Program-made: the position numbers and the translations under genes
NCBI GenBank assembly: GCA_009885195.1
Contig: VFLG01000004.1
Span: 33,973-97,972 of the forward strand
DNA: 64,000 nucleotides
Direction: 5' to 3'
Origin: Gallionellaceae bacterium
GTDB lineage: Bacteria; Pseudomonadota; Gammaproteobacteria; Burkholderiales; Gallionellaceae
Notes under the pieces: model-generated
Databases searched by the model: none
The model's input: only the letters and a program-made list of their open reading frames with translations
What the model was told of the DNA's origin: nothing
In this document: piece by piece, positions 31,643 through 43,006 of the stretch
How the letters are laid out: every line of letters begins with the position of its first letter
Numbering within the stretch: the first letter of the stretch is position 1

Positions 31643-32881
31643 ATGTACCAACACATAAAAGTGCCGCAGCAAGGCCAGAAAATAACCGTTAACAAAGATA
31701 ACTCGCTGAATGTTCCAGATCAGCCCATCATCCCGTTCATAGAAGGCGATGGCATCGGTGTTGACATCACCCCGCCGATGATGCATGTGGTGGATGCGGC
31801 AGTGGCAAAAGCCTACGGCGGCAAGCGCAAAATTTCCTGGATGGAAGTCTACGCGGGCGAAAAAGCGGTGAAGGTGTATGGCAACGACAACTGGTTGCCG
31901 GATGAAACGGTACAGGCAGTGCGCGAGTATGTGGTGTCCATCAAAGGCCCGCTCACCACGCCCATCTCCGGCGGCTTCCGCTCGCTCAACGTGGCCTTGC
32001 GCCAGATGCTGGATTTATATGTGTGTTTGCGCCCGGTACGCTGGTTCAAGGGCGTGCCCAGCCCGGTGAAGGCTCCGGAAAAAGTGGACATGGTGATCTT
32101 CCGCGAAAACACCGAGGACATCTACGCCGGTATCGAGTGGGCAGCCGGTTCTCCCGAGGCGAAAAAAATGATCGCATTCCTGCAAAATGAAATGGGCGTG
32201 AAAAAAATCCGCTTCCCGGCTACTTCCGCCATAGGCATCAAGCCGGTTTCCAGCGAAGGCAGCGAGCGCCTGATCCGTCGCGCCATCCAATATGCCATCG
32301 ACAACAAACGCAAATCGGTTACGTTGGTACACAAGGGCAACATCATGAAGTTCACCGAAGGGGGTTTCAAGACCTGGGGTTACGAACTGGCCAAACGCGA
32401 ATTCGGCGGCGTGGAAATTGATGGTGGCCCATGGCTGAAATTACCGAACGGCATCATCATCAAAGACGTGATCGCCGATGCCTTCTTGCAGCAAATTCTG
32501 CTGCGCCCGGCGGAATATGACGTGATCGCCACTTTGAATCTGAACGGCGACTACATCTCCGATGCGCTGGCGGCAGAAGTGGGCGGCATCGGCATCGCGC
32601 CGGGAGCGAACCTGTCCGACAGCGTGGCGATGTTTGAAGCCACGCACGGCACGGCCCCCAAATATGCGGGCAAGGATTACGTCAATCCCGGCTCGCTGAT
32701 CCTTTCGGCAGAAATGATGCTGCGCCACATGGGCTGGCTGGAAGCGGCCGACCTCGTCATCAAGGGTATGAACGGCGCAATTGGCGCGAAGACCGTGACC
32801 TATGATTTTGCGCGGCTGATGGACGGGGCGAAACAAGTGCCTTGCTCGGCATTCGGGGAAGCCATCATCAACCACATGTGA
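31643..32881 (+). CDS. icd: Isocitrate dehydrogenase (homodimeric)
   Basis: [31 protein letters not shown] and [13 protein letters not shown] motifs. Confidence 0.97.
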   Translation: MYQHIKVPQQGQKITVNKDNSLNVPDQPIIPFIEGDGIGVDITPPMMHVVDAAVAKAYGGKRKISWMEVYAGEKAVKVYGNDNWLPDETVQAVREYVVSIKGPLTTPISGGFRSLNVALRQMLDLYVCLRPVRWFKGVPSPVKAPEKVDMVIFRENTEDIYAGIEWAAGSPEAKKMIAFLQNEMGVKKIRFPATSAIGIKPVSSEGSERLIRRAIQYAIDNKRKSVTLVHKGNIMKFTEGGFKTWGYELAKREFGGVEIDGGPWLKLPNGIIIKDVIADAFLQQILLRPAEYDVIATLNLNGDYISDALAAEVGGIGIAPGANLSDSVAMFEATHGTAPKYAGKDYVNPGSLILSAEMMLRHMGWLEAADLVIKGMNGAIGAKTVTYDFARLMDGAKQVPCSAFGEAIINHM

Positions 32882-32898
32882 TTCCAGTTCACGAAACG

Positions 32899-32931
32899 AA
32901 AAAGCCCGGCACTTTCGCACCGGGCTTTTTT
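32899..32931. terminator. Bidirectional intrinsic terminator between icd and the csp gene
   Basis: aaaaagcccgg-loop-ccgggcttttt between convergent genes. Confidence 0.8.
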
Positions 32932-32948
32932 ACCAACTCAAGAACCGA

Positions 32949-33152
32949 TTAAGGAGCCTGAATGTTGGAAGCTTGCTTGCCTTTAGGGCCTTGAACGATG
33001 TCAAAGGTAACCTTCTGGCCTTCTTTGAGAGATTTGAAACCGCTCATATTGATTGCGGAGAAGTGCGCGAACAGATCTTCGCTGCCATCATCCGGAGTAA
33101 TAAAGCCAAAACCTTTTGCGTCGTTGAACCACTTAACTGTACCGTTTGCCAT
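32949..33152 (-). CDS. Cold-shock domain protein (CspD-like by position divergent from clpS)
   Basis: [15 protein letters not shown] and LFAHFSAI motifs. Confidence 0.95.
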   Translation of the reverse strand: MANGTVKWFNDAKGFGFITPDDGSEDLFAHFSAINMSGFKSLKEGQKVTFDIVQGPKGKQASNIQAP

Positions 33153-33387
33153 GTCTTACTTCCTTAACTAAAAAACCGGGTGGATTCCCGTTAAACTGTT
33201 TGAATTCCAAGACCGCACATGGCAAAACCAGTACTGCAGGTAACTTGATTCAAACACCCACGCGCTTTTTACTCCTGTTCGACCCGTATCGTCAAGTACT
33301 TAATGCAAATATTTTTATGAAATACTTGAAAAGCCCCGCTAATCACCCAACTTACTGCCCATCCATAATGTACTATTGACGATAATA

Positions 33388-33696
33388 ATGGCAACGAAAC
33401 ACGACAATTCATCCCTGCTGGAAGTGGAGCGGAGCAAGAGCAAGCCACCCAAACTGTACAAGGTGGTGCTTTTTAACGACGATTACACAACCATGGATTT
33501 TGTCATCGAAGTTTTGCAAACTTTTTTTGCCATGAATCGTGAACGCGCCACGCAAGTGATGCTCGAAGTACATCAGGGGGGTTCCGCAGTATGCGGTGTA
33601 TATCCCAAGGATATCGCGGAAACCAAGGTGGCGCAGGTATCGGCATTTGCCAAGCAGCATGGACATCCGCTACGATGTGAACTGGAGGCAACATAA
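33388..33696 (+). CDS. clpS: Clp protease adaptor
   Basis: [16 protein letters not shown]...IAETKV...HPLRC. Confidence 0.96.
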   Translation: MATKHDNSSLLEVERSKSKPPKLYKVVLFNDDYTTMDFVIEVLQTFFAMNRERATQVMLEVHQGGSAVCGVYPKDIAETKVAQVSAFAKQHGHPLRCELEAT

Positions 33697-33698
33697 AC

Positions 33699-35954
33699 AT
33701 GATCGCGCAAGAACTTGAAATCAGCCTGCACTTGGCGTTCGTTGAAGCGCGCCAGAAACGGCATCAATTTATCACGGTGGAGCACCTGCTGCTGGCCATG
33801 CTGGACAATCCTTCGGCGGCGCATGTGTTGCGTGCCTGTGGCGCGGACATTGAAGAGTTGCGTGCGGTGCTGGCCGACTTCATCAATACCCATACGCCCC
33901 TGGCGCCCGGCAGCGACGAGGTGGATACGCAACCAACCGTTGGATTCCAGCGCGTCATTCAGCGCGCCATCCTGCATGTGCAATCCACTAACAGAAAAGA
34001 GGTCTCCGGAGCCAACATACTGGTTGCCTTGTTCAGCGAGAAGGATTCTCACGCGGTATTTTTCCTTAATCAGCGTGCCATTACCCGGCTGGACGTGGTG
34101 AACTACATCGCCCATGGCATCAATAAAGTCACTCAGCCCGGCACTCAGAAACCGGGGGCGGATGCGGAGACAGAGCAGGATGCGGGGCAGAAGGGCGCGC
34201 TGCATGACTATACGCTCGATCTCAACGCCCAGGCACTGGCTGGCAAGATTGATCCGCTGATCGGGCGCGAAATCGAGCTGGAGCGGGTCATTCAAACACT
34301 ATGCAGACGGCGCAAGAACAACCCGCTGCTGGTCGGCGAAGCTGGCGTGGGTAAGACCGCAATCGCCGAAGGTTTGGCGCGCCGCATTACGGAAAAAGAT
34401 GTGCCGGAAATTCTCAAAGATGCTCATGTCTATTCGCTGGACATGGGTGCATTGCTGGCTGGCACTAAATATCGCGGTGATTTTGAGCAACGTCTGAAAG
34501 CGGTGCTCAAAGAACTGGCCGATGCGCCTAACGCTATTTTGTTTATCGATGAGATCCATACCCTGATAGGCGCGGGTGCCGCCTCTGGCGGCACGATGGA
34601 TGCGTCCAACTTACTCAAGCCTGCGCTGTCCAGCGGTGCGCTGAAATGCATTGGTGCGACCACCTACCAGGAGTATCGCGGAATTTTCGAGAAGGATCAT
34701 GCGCTGTCGCGGCGCTTCCAGAAAGTGGATGTGCCCGAGCCGTCAGTGGAGCAGACTATCGAAATCCTTAAAGGTTTGAAGCCGCGCTTTGAGACCCACC
34801 ACGGCATCAAATACAGCGCCGCCGCGTTGACCAGCGCCGCCGAGCTTTCTGCCCGCTTTATAAATGACCGACATCTGCCGGACAAGGCGATTGACGTGAT
34901 AGACGAAGCGGGCGCGGCGCAACGCATCCTGCCCAAATCCAAGCAGAAGAAGGTGGTCGGCAAGCACGAGATCGAGGAGATCATCGCCAAAATCGCCCGC
35001 ATTCCGCCGCGCACCGTTTCTTCGGATGACCGCAATACCTTGAAGACGCTGGATCGCGATCTAAAGGCCACCGTGTTCGGCCAGAATGCCGCCATCGACG
35101 TGCTGGCACGGGCCATCAAAATGTCGCGTAGCGGCTTGGGAAATCCGCAAAAACCCATTGGCAGCTTCCTCTTTTCAGGTCCTACTGGTGTGGGCAAAAC
35201 CGAGGTCGCACGCCAGCTGGCGTATGTCATGGGCATGCCCTTGCACCGCTTTGATATGTCGGAATACATGGAGCGTCACGCCGTGTCGCGCCTGATAGGG
35301 GCGCCGCCCGGCTATGTCGGTTTCGACCAGGGCGGACTGCTGACTGAAGCTATCAGCAAACAGCCGCATTGCGTGCTGCTGCTGGACGAAATAGAGAAGG
35401 CGCACCCGGATATTTTCAACATCCTGCTGCAAGTGATGGATCACGGCACGCTCACCGACAATAATGGGCGCAAGGCGGATTTCCGCAATGTGGTGATCAT
35501 CATGACCACCAATGCCGGCGCCGAAGCGTTAAGCAGGACGCAGATTGGCTTCAGCAAGAGCTCGGCTTCGGGTGACGAAATGGCCGACATCAAGCGCATG
35601 TTCACGCCGGAATTCCGTAACCGTCTGGACGCCATCATTTCCTTCTCAGCACTGGATAAAGAAGTTATTCTGCGCGTGGTAGACAAATTCCTGATGCAGC
35701 TTGAGGAGCAACTGCACGAAAAGAAAGTGGATGTGGTGTTTACCGATGCGCTGAAAGACTATCTCGCCAAAACCGGGTTCGACCCGCTGATGGGTGCCCG
35801 CCCGATGGCGCGCCTGATTCAGGACACGATACGCAGCGCGCTGGCCGATGAGCTTTTGTTCGGCAGGCTGGCCAATGGCGGCAAGGTGACGGTGGATGTG
35901 GATGCAGAGGGCAAGGTTAAGCTGGAGTTTACGGAAGAGGCTGTTGTCGCATAA
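33699..35954 (+). CDS. clpA: ATP-dependent Clp protease ATP-binding subunit
   Basis: Two AAA+ modules ([16 protein letters not shown]); follows clpS. Confidence 0.97.
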   Translation: MIAQELEISLHLAFVEARQKRHQFITVEHLLLAMLDNPSAAHVLRACGADIEELRAVLADFINTHTPLAPGSDEVDTQPTVGFQRVIQRAILHVQSTNRKEVSGANILVALFSEKDSHAVFFLNQRAITRLDVVNYIAHGINKVTQPGTQKPGADAETEQDAGQKGALHDYTLDLNAQALAGKIDPLIGREIELERVIQTLCRRRKNNPLLVGEAGVGKTAIAEGLARRITEKDVPEILKDAHVYSLDMGALLAGTKYRGDFEQRLKAVLKELADAPNAILFIDEIHTLIGAGAASGGTMDASNLLKPALSSGALKCIGATTYQEYRGIFEKDHALSRRFQKVDVPEPSVEQTIEILKGLKPRFETHHGIKYSAAALTSAAELSARFINDRHLPDKAIDVIDEAGAAQRILPKSKQKKVVGKHEIEEIIAKIARIPPRTVSSDDRNTLKTLDRDLKATVFGQNAAIDVLARAIKMSRSGLGNPQKPIGSFLFSGPTGVGKTEVARQLAYVMGMPLHRFDMSEYMERHAVSRLIGAPPGYVGFDQGGLLTEAISKQPHCVLLLDEIEKAHPDIFNILLQVMDHGTLTDNNGRKADFRNVVIIMTTNAGAEALSRTQIGFSKSSASGDEMADIKRMFTPEFRNRLDAIISFSALDKEVILRVVDKFLMQLEEQLHEKKVDVVFTDALKDYLAKTGFDPLMGARPMARLIQDTIRSALADELLFGRLANGGKVTVDVDAEGKVKLEFTEEAVVA

Positions 35955-36002
35955 AACCTAACCAGCTATAAAATAATAGCTATATTTGGGAGAGCAAAAA
36001 TT

Positions 36003-36236
36003 ATGGATCTGAAACGGAGTAAGACATTTAATAACAAGCTTGATTATATCAACTTCGCTACTCCCACAGCCAAGGAGCTTATACAGTTCCTGCAGCAGTT
36101 CCCGTCAGACACGCCTGTGGTGGCAACATGGGGAGGAAACCGCAAGCGTATAGGTCATGGGACAATCATTAAAGACTATCATACCGGCAGCGAACGCGAT
36201 GCCTGCACAGTAGTTGAATTTGACGTTGAGTTTTAA
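36003..36236 (+). CDS. Small orphan hypothetical protein
   Basis: GGAG RBS, 77 aa, AT-richer than neighbours; TAKELIQFLQQFPSD segment. Confidence 0.6.
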   Translation: MDLKRSKTFNNKLDYINFATPTAKELIQFLQQFPSDTPVVATWGGNRKRIGHGTIIKDYHTGSERDACTVVEFDVEF

Positions 36237-36332
36237 CCCGGATTATCCGTTAGGTCGTCCGTGCTTTGTAGGGGTGCGATTTATCGCGCCCCTACAACGG
36301 CGTTTCATCCCTAATGGATTATCTGGGTTTAA
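36233..36332. mobile_element. TTA-flanked MITE carrying a collapsed GTAG REP (36268-36295)
   Basis: TTA-acccggattatccgttagg ... cctaatggattatctgggt-TTA; internal gtaggggtgcgatttatcgcgcccctac. Confidence 0.82.
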
Positions 36333-36372
36333 CAAGAAAAACTGGAATATCCTTGCAATCTTGCCTGTCGGC

Positions 36373-36407
36373 GTAGAATGGGTATCGCTACGCTCCACCC
36401 AACCTAC
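36373..36407. repeat. Collapsed GTAG REP
   Basis: gtagaatgggtatcgctacgctccacccaacctac (GTAG...CTAC ends). Confidence 0.7.
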
Positions 36408-36413
36408 GACCGA

Positions 36414-37328
36414 ATGCAATCCTCACCTAACTATCGCGGGCGTTTTGCACCCTCCCCCACTGGCCCACTCCACTTCGGCTCGCTGGTCGCTGCCGCAGGC
36501 AGTTATCTCGCCGCAAAACATCATCACGGAACCTGGCTGGTACGCATCGAAGACCTCGACACGCCGCGCACTGTGCCGGGCGTTGCGGATGACATCCTGC
36601 GCTCACTGGAATGCTTTGGCCTGCATAGCGATGAACCCATTCTTTACCAAAGCCAGCGCACGGCAGCTTACGAAGAGGCGCTGCACAGCTTGCAGCATAG
36701 CGGCATGGTCTACCCCTGCGCGTGCAGCCGCAAGGAGATTGCCGATTCGGCGCTGCATGGCATCGAAGGGCAGATTTATCCCGGAACATGCCGCAATGGC
36801 ATTTACCACCCTTTGGTGCAAGGCAGGCAGGCTCGCTCATGGCGCGTGCGTACCAAGGCCGAGGTAATGAAAATCGACGATGCTTTGCAAGGGCGCATCG
36901 CACAATCTTTGGAAGATGAGATTGGTGATTTCGTGGTGTTGCGCGCTGACGGGCTGTTCGCTTACCAACTGGCAGTGGTGGTGGATGATGCCTTCCAGGG
37001 CATCACGCACGTCGTGCGCGGCGCCGACCTGCTTGCATCCACGCCACGCCAAATTTACCTGCAACGGCTGCTGGGGTTAGTTACCCCAGCCTACACACAC
37101 CTGCCCATCGCGGTGAATGCACAAGGCGAAAAACTGAGCAAGCAGACACTCGCCTCGCCAGTACACATCGGCAAGCCGGTTAGCACGTTGCTGCGCGTGC
37201 TGGCATTTTTAGGTCAGGAGCCGCCTGCTGAACTGGCGGGTTATGATTTGTCAACGATATGGGATTGGGCCCTAGCCAATTGGGACGCGGGGAAGCTGAA
37301 GGGCGTTAGAACGTCAGCGACAGATTAA
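36414..37328 (+). CDS. gluQ: Glutamyl-Q tRNA(Asp) synthetase
   Basis: GRFAPSPTGPLHFGSL, YQLAVVVDD and KLSKQ motifs; no anticodon-binding domain. Confidence 0.95.
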   Translation: MQSSPNYRGRFAPSPTGPLHFGSLVAAAGSYLAAKHHHGTWLVRIEDLDTPRTVPGVADDILRSLECFGLHSDEPILYQSQRTAAYEEALHSLQHSGMVYPCACSRKEIADSALHGIEGQIYPGTCRNGIYHPLVQGRQARSWRVRTKAEVMKIDDALQGRIAQSLEDEIGDFVVLRADGLFAYQLAVVVDDAFQGITHVVRGADLLASTPRQIYLQRLLGLVTPAYTHLPIAVNAQGEKLSKQTLASPVHIGKPVSTLLRVLAFLGQEPPAELAGYDLSTIWDWALANWDAGKLKGVRTSATD

Positions 37329-37969
37329 CCGGCCTGTTGTTTGCGGCGACGTATGAACTGGAATAGCGCGGGAAGAATGGAAATAAAAACGATAGCCAGA
37401 ATCATCACGGTGATGTTGTCCTTGATCACCGGGATGTTGCCTAAAAAATAGCCGCCAACGGTGAAGAAACAGATCCACAGCACACTGCCCAGCGCGCTGA
37501 ACAGCACAAACAGCCGATAGCGCATTAGCCCGACACCTGCCACAAACGGCGCGTAGGTGCGCACAATCGGCAGGAAGCGCGCGGCGATGATGGTCTTGCC
37601 GCCGTGTTTTTCATAGAAGGCGTGGGTCTTGTCCAGATGTTCACGTTTGATAAATTTGCCGTTCATGCGCTGAATCAAGCGCAAACCTAACAACCGTCCT
37701 ATCCAATAGTTGGTGTTGTCGCCACTGAACGATGCCAGCACCAGCAACGGGACAAGCAGCTCCAGTTGCAATGCGCCCATCCCGCACAGCGCGCCCGCCA
37801 CGAACAGTAGTGAATCGCCCGGCAGAAAGGGCGTTACTACCAGCCCGGTCTCACAAAAAATGATCAGAAACAGGATGCCATATACCCAGACACCGTATTC
37901 CTGCGTCAGCGCCAGCAGGTGGGTGTCGAGATGCAGAACAAGGTCAATAAAGGACGCGAGCAGCTCCAT
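37325..37969 (-). CDS. dedA: DedA family membrane protein
   Basis: FCETGLVVTPFLPGDSLLF and ARFLPIVRT motifs. Confidence 0.92.
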   Translation of the reverse strand: MELLASFIDLVLHLDTHLLALTQEYGVWVYGILFLIIFCETGLVVTPFLPGDSLLFVAGALCGMGALQLELLVPLLVLASFSGDNTNYWIGRLLGLRLIQRMNGKFIKREHLDKTHAFYEKHGGKTIIAARFLPIVRTYAPFVAGVGLMRYRLFVLFSALGSVLWICFFTVGGYFLGNIPVIKDNITVMILAIVFISILPALFQFIRRRKQQAG

Positions 37970-38898
37970 CAGGGCAGAGCTTGTTCCGCCGTTTTTTCCG
38001 GCTTGATAAAATCTTCGCGCGTCACGCCCAGCAACATCAGGATGGGGCTGGCGACCAGCACCGAGGAGTAAATGCTGAACAGGATGCCTATGGTCAAGGC
38101 CAGCGCGAAGTAATGCAGGGTCTCGCCGCCGAGCAACAGCATGGCGGTGACCATCATCTGGGTGCAGCCGTGGGTGATGATGGTGCGCGACATGGTGCGC
38201 GTGATGGCGTTGTCGATGATTTCGGCCACCTCCGCTTTGCGCATCTTGCGGAAGTTTTCGCGTATCCGGTCAAACACCACCACCGATTCGTTTACCGAAT
38301 AACCCAGCACCGCCAGCACCGCTGCCAGCACGGAGAGCGAAAACTCCCATTGAAAGAAGGAAAAGAAGCCCAGTATGATGACCACGTCATGCAAGTTGGC
38401 GATAATCGCGGCCACGCCGAACTTCCATTCGAAGCGCAGCCACAGGTAGCCGGCTATGCCCAGCGACACCAGCAGCAGCGCCATGGCTCCATTCTCCACC
38501 AGTTCCTTGCCCACCTGCGGACCCACAAATTCGACGCGCCGCATTTCCACGCTGGCATCATGCTGGCGCAGCGTATCCAGCACTTGCTCGCTCAGTTTTG
38601 CGCCTGAGGTATTCTGCTTGAGCGGCACCTGGATCAACACATCCCTGCTGGAACCGAAATTCTGCGCCTGCGCGTCCTTCAGCCCTATGCCGGCCAATTG
38701 GCCGCGCACCTGGTTCAGGTCGGCGGGCTGGGCGTAATGAAATTCCATCACCGAACCGCCGGTAAAATCAACGCCCAAATTCAGTCCGCGCGTGGCCAAG
38801 AAAAATACGGCCAACAGGAAAGTCACCAAAGAAATGGCCGTGGTGTAGCGCCCATAGCTCATGAACGGGATGTCGTGTTTGATTCTGAAAAATTCCAT
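37969..38898 (-). CDS. secF: Protein translocase subunit SecF
   Basis: GVDFTGG, EFVGPQVG and GYSVNESVVVFDRIREN motifs. Confidence 0.97.
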   Translation of the reverse strand: MEFFRIKHDIPFMSYGRYTTAISLVTFLLAVFFLATRGLNLGVDFTGGSVMEFHYAQPADLNQVRGQLAGIGLKDAQAQNFGSSRDVLIQVPLKQNTSGAKLSEQVLDTLRQHDASVEMRRVEFVGPQVGKELVENGAMALLLVSLGIAGYLWLRFEWKFGVAAIIANLHDVVIILGFFSFFQWEFSLSVLAAVLAVLGYSVNESVVVFDRIRENFRKMRKAEVAEIIDNAITRTMSRTIITHGCTQMMVTAMLLLGGETLHYFALALTIGILFSIYSSVLVASPILMLLGVTREDFIKPEKTAEQALP

Positions 38899-38911
38899 TG
38901 TTATATCTTCC

Positions 38912-40717
38912 TTAGCCGATTGAGACTTTGGTCAACCGCGGCTTGCGACCATATATCAGATTAACCAGCGCGCGCGATACCAGCACGGAACTGAACATTG
39001 AAGTCAGGATACCCAGGCACAGCACCACGGCAAAGCCGCGTATCGGGCCGGAGCCGAACATGAACAGCGCGATGCCCGCGATCAGGGTAGTGATATTGGA
39101 ATCGAGTATGGTGCGGAACGCCTGATCATAACCCGCATGAATGGCAGCCTGCGGCGTGATGCCGTTGCGCAGTTCCTCGCGGATACGTTCGTTGATCAAG
39201 ACGTTGGAATCGATCGCCATGCCCAGAGTCAATGCGATACCCGCCATGCCCGGCAAAGTCAGCGTGGCTTGCAGCATGGACAGCAGCGCCACCAGCAGCA
39301 ACAGGTTGGCACCCAAAGCCAGCACGGAAATTCCACCGAACATCAGGTAGTAAACGATCATGAAAATCGCAATGGCGGTGAAGCCGATCTGGGTGGAATG
39401 AAAGCCGCGCGTGATGTTGTCCGCGCCCAAGCTGGGGCCGACGGTACGCTCTTCCACAATCTCCATTGGCGCCGCCAGCGCGCCGGCGCGCAACAGCAGC
39501 GACACATCCTTGGCTTCTTCGGTGCTCATCTGGCCGGAAATCTGCACCCTCCCTCCGCCGATTTCTTCGCGTATCACCGGAGCGGTAATGACCTCCCCCT
39601 TGCCTTTTTCAAACAGGATGATGGCCATGCGCTTGCCCACGTTTTCGCGGGTCGCTTCCTTGAATTTGCGCGCGCCGATACTATCCAGATTGATGTGTAC
39701 CGCCGGTTCATTGCTACTGCTGTCGAAACCAGGTTGCGCATCGTCGATGCGCTCGCCGGTAAGAAGCACGCTCTTCTTCACCAGCAATGCGAAGCCGTCC
39801 CTGTCCTTGAACATTTCTGTGCCAAATGGCGCGGCAGCGCCCATGCTGACCTGATCATCCACCAGCCGTACTTCCAGTGTTGCAGTGCGCCCCAGGATGT
39901 CTTTGGCGCGCGCCGTGTCCTGCACGCCCGGCAGTTGCACCACTATGCGATCCGCTCCTTGCTGCTGTATCACTGGCTCGGCCACGCCCAGCTCGTTGAC
40001 GCGATTGCGCAAGGTGACCAGGTTCTGCTGCACCGCTGCTTCCTGTATGCGTTTTTCTTCTTCCGGTTTGAGTGTGGTCAGCAGCAGATATTCGCCGCCC
40101 TCATCCCGCTCGCTGAAAGATAAACCGCTGAAACGCTGCTTGAGTTCGTCTTCCCCTTTGCTGCGCGCTTCTGCATCGCGGAATTTGACCGTCACCTGCT
40201 TGCCCTCGCGGCTGACGCCGGAATAGGCGATATTCTGTTCGCGCAGGGTGCTGCGCATATCGCTGGAAGCGGATTCCAGCGCTTTGTCCAGCGCGGCTTT
40301 CATGTCTATCTGCAACAGGAAATGGACGCCGCCGCGCAAATCCAGGCCGAGATACATGGGTAATGCATTGATGTCGGTCAACCACTGCGGTGAGCGCGGC
40401 AACAGGTTCAGCGCCACGACATAATCCTCACCCAATTGCGCCTGCAGAATGTCCTTGGCCTTGAGCTGGCTGTCGGTGTCATTGAAACGGGCCTTGACGC
40501 TGGTGGCGTCCAATGTGGTTGCCTGCGGGCTGAGGCTGGCAGCCTTGAGTGCATTTTCTACCCGTTGCAAAAGCGCAGTATCGGCCTTGAGGTTGGCACG
40601 CAAGGGCAGAACCTGCACTGCAGGGGATTCGCCGTAGAAATTGGGCAGTGTATAAACCAGACCCAGAGCAAGCGTAACAAAAATCAGCAAATATTTCCAA
40701 AGCGGGTATTGATTCAT
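38912..40717 (-). CDS. secD: Protein translocase subunit SecD
   Basis: LGLDLRGG, NRVNELGVAEP and GMAIDSNVLINERIREE motifs. Confidence 0.97.
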   Translation of the reverse strand: MNQYPLWKYLLIFVTLALGLVYTLPNFYGESPAVQVLPLRANLKADTALLQRVENALKAASLSPQATTLDATSVKARFNDTDSQLKAKDILQAQLGEDYVVALNLLPRSPQWLTDINALPMYLGLDLRGGVHFLLQIDMKAALDKALESASSDMRSTLREQNIAYSGVSREGKQVTVKFRDAEARSKGEDELKQRFSGLSFSERDEGGEYLLLTTLKPEEEKRIQEAAVQQNLVTLRNRVNELGVAEPVIQQQGADRIVVQLPGVQDTARAKDILGRTATLEVRLVDDQVSMGAAAPFGTEMFKDRDGFALLVKKSVLLTGERIDDAQPGFDSSSNEPAVHINLDSIGARKFKEATRENVGKRMAIILFEKGKGEVITAPVIREEIGGGRVQISGQMSTEEAKDVSLLLRAGALAAPMEIVEERTVGPSLGADNITRGFHSTQIGFTAIAIFMIVYYLMFGGISVLALGANLLLLVALLSMLQATLTLPGMAGIALTLGMAIDSNVLINERIREELRNGITPQAAIHAGYDQAFRTILDSNITTLIAGIALFMFGSGPIRGFAVVLCLGILTSMFSSVLVSRALVNLIYGRKPRLTKVSIG

Positions 40718-40726
40718 TGCGGCACC

Positions 40727-41050
40727 TTAAATCGACTTGATCGTTCCCTTGGGCAACACGGTTTGCACCGCGTTTTTCTGGATTTGGACGGTAACGTTAT
40801 CGGCGATTTCTACGCTAATATAGTTTTCGCCCACCTTGACCACGCGGCCCAGCTCGCCGCCGAGAGTAACGATTTCATCGCCTTTTTGCAGAGCGGCCAG
40901 CATGACTTTCTGTTCCTTGGCCCGCTTCTGCTGCGGGCGCAGAATCATGAAATAAAATACGGCAACGAGTCCGATCAACGGTAGAAAGTCCATAATCCCT
41001 CCGCTTGATGGGGTTCCGGCGGCTTGTGCATAAGCATTGCTAATAAACAT
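40727..41050 (-). CDS. yajC: Preprotein translocase subunit YajC
   Basis: FYFMILRPQQKR...LQKGDEIVTLGG...LPKGTIK. Confidence 0.96.
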   Translation of the reverse strand: MFISNAYAQAAGTPSSGGIMDFLPLIGLVAVFYFMILRPQQKRAKEQKVMLAALQKGDEIVTLGGELGRVVKVGENYISVEIADNVTVQIQKNAVQTVLPKGTIKSI

Positions 41051-41092
41051 GATGCCTGTCCTCGAGTTAACATTTTGAAGCGGCGAATTCTA

Positions 41093-42280
<1,188 letters not shown>

Positions 42281-42282
42281 TC

Positions 42283-42945
42283 ATGCATACACCAAGAGAT
42301 CTCTTAAAGTTGAATGCGGTGAATGCCAAGGCTGATACACCGGAAAGTACACGTGAGCGCTTGCTGATTGTGGCGCGCGAGGTATTTTCCGAACAAGGCT
42401 TTCAGGGGGCGACGGTGCGTGAAATTTGCCGCCGCGCCGAAGTGAACCTCGCGGCGGTGAATTATCACTTCAGCAGCAAAGAGGCATTGTTTGGCGCAGC
42501 GCTTGATTTCGAGCCGTTGCATGCCTTATGCGACAACGCGGCACACGAGGGTTGTGCGGAAGCGCGCTTGCAGCGTTTTATTCAGGATTTTCTGACGCAG
42601 CTTATGGATGAAAAAAGTTCGTCTCAATGCCGGCTGGTTATGCACGAACTGATCAATCCCACACTGGCGCTGGATAGCATTGTGCGGGAGGCGATCGCGC
42701 CGCTGCACGAGTTTGTGGGTGAACTGGTGCGTGATGCGGCGGGGACAAGAATTTCATCCGCCGCATCGCGCCGCTGCGTGTTCAGCATTTTCGGGCAGTG
42801 TTTGTTTTATCGTCATGGCTACGCCGTGATCCAGCGGTTGCATCCCAAGCTGCGTTATGACGCAAAAGAAATCGCTGCGACTGCTCAGCACATCACAGAA
42901 TTTTCGCTGGCTGGTTTGAAGCAGATTGCCGATAAACCAAGATAA
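42283..42945 (+). CDS. TetR-family regulator (CecR/YbiH-like)
   Basis: TRERLL..AREVFSEQGF..ATVREIC..AEVNLAAVNYHFSSKE HTH; FSIFGQC..ITEFSLAGL C-terminus. Start uncertain. Confidence 0.88.
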   Translation: MHTPRDLLKLNAVNAKADTPESTRERLLIVAREVFSEQGFQGATVREICRRAEVNLAAVNYHFSSKEALFGAALDFEPLHALCDNAAHEGCAEARLQRFIQDFLTQLMDEKSSSQCRLVMHELINPTLALDSIVREAIAPLHEFVGELVRDAAGTRISSAASRRCVFSIFGQCLFYRHGYAVIQRLHPKLRYDAKEIAATAQHITEFSLAGLKQIADKPR

Positions 42946-43006
42946 CACAGACATGGCAAGGCACGCATGGGCCGTAGCGCAGCAGATGTCAAATAGGAGA
43001 GTTGCA

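Noticed and set aside
35964-35981. AGCTAT-N6-ATAGCT palindrome upstream of the 77-aa orphan
   Set aside because: Short, single occurrence; cannot be distinguished from chance.
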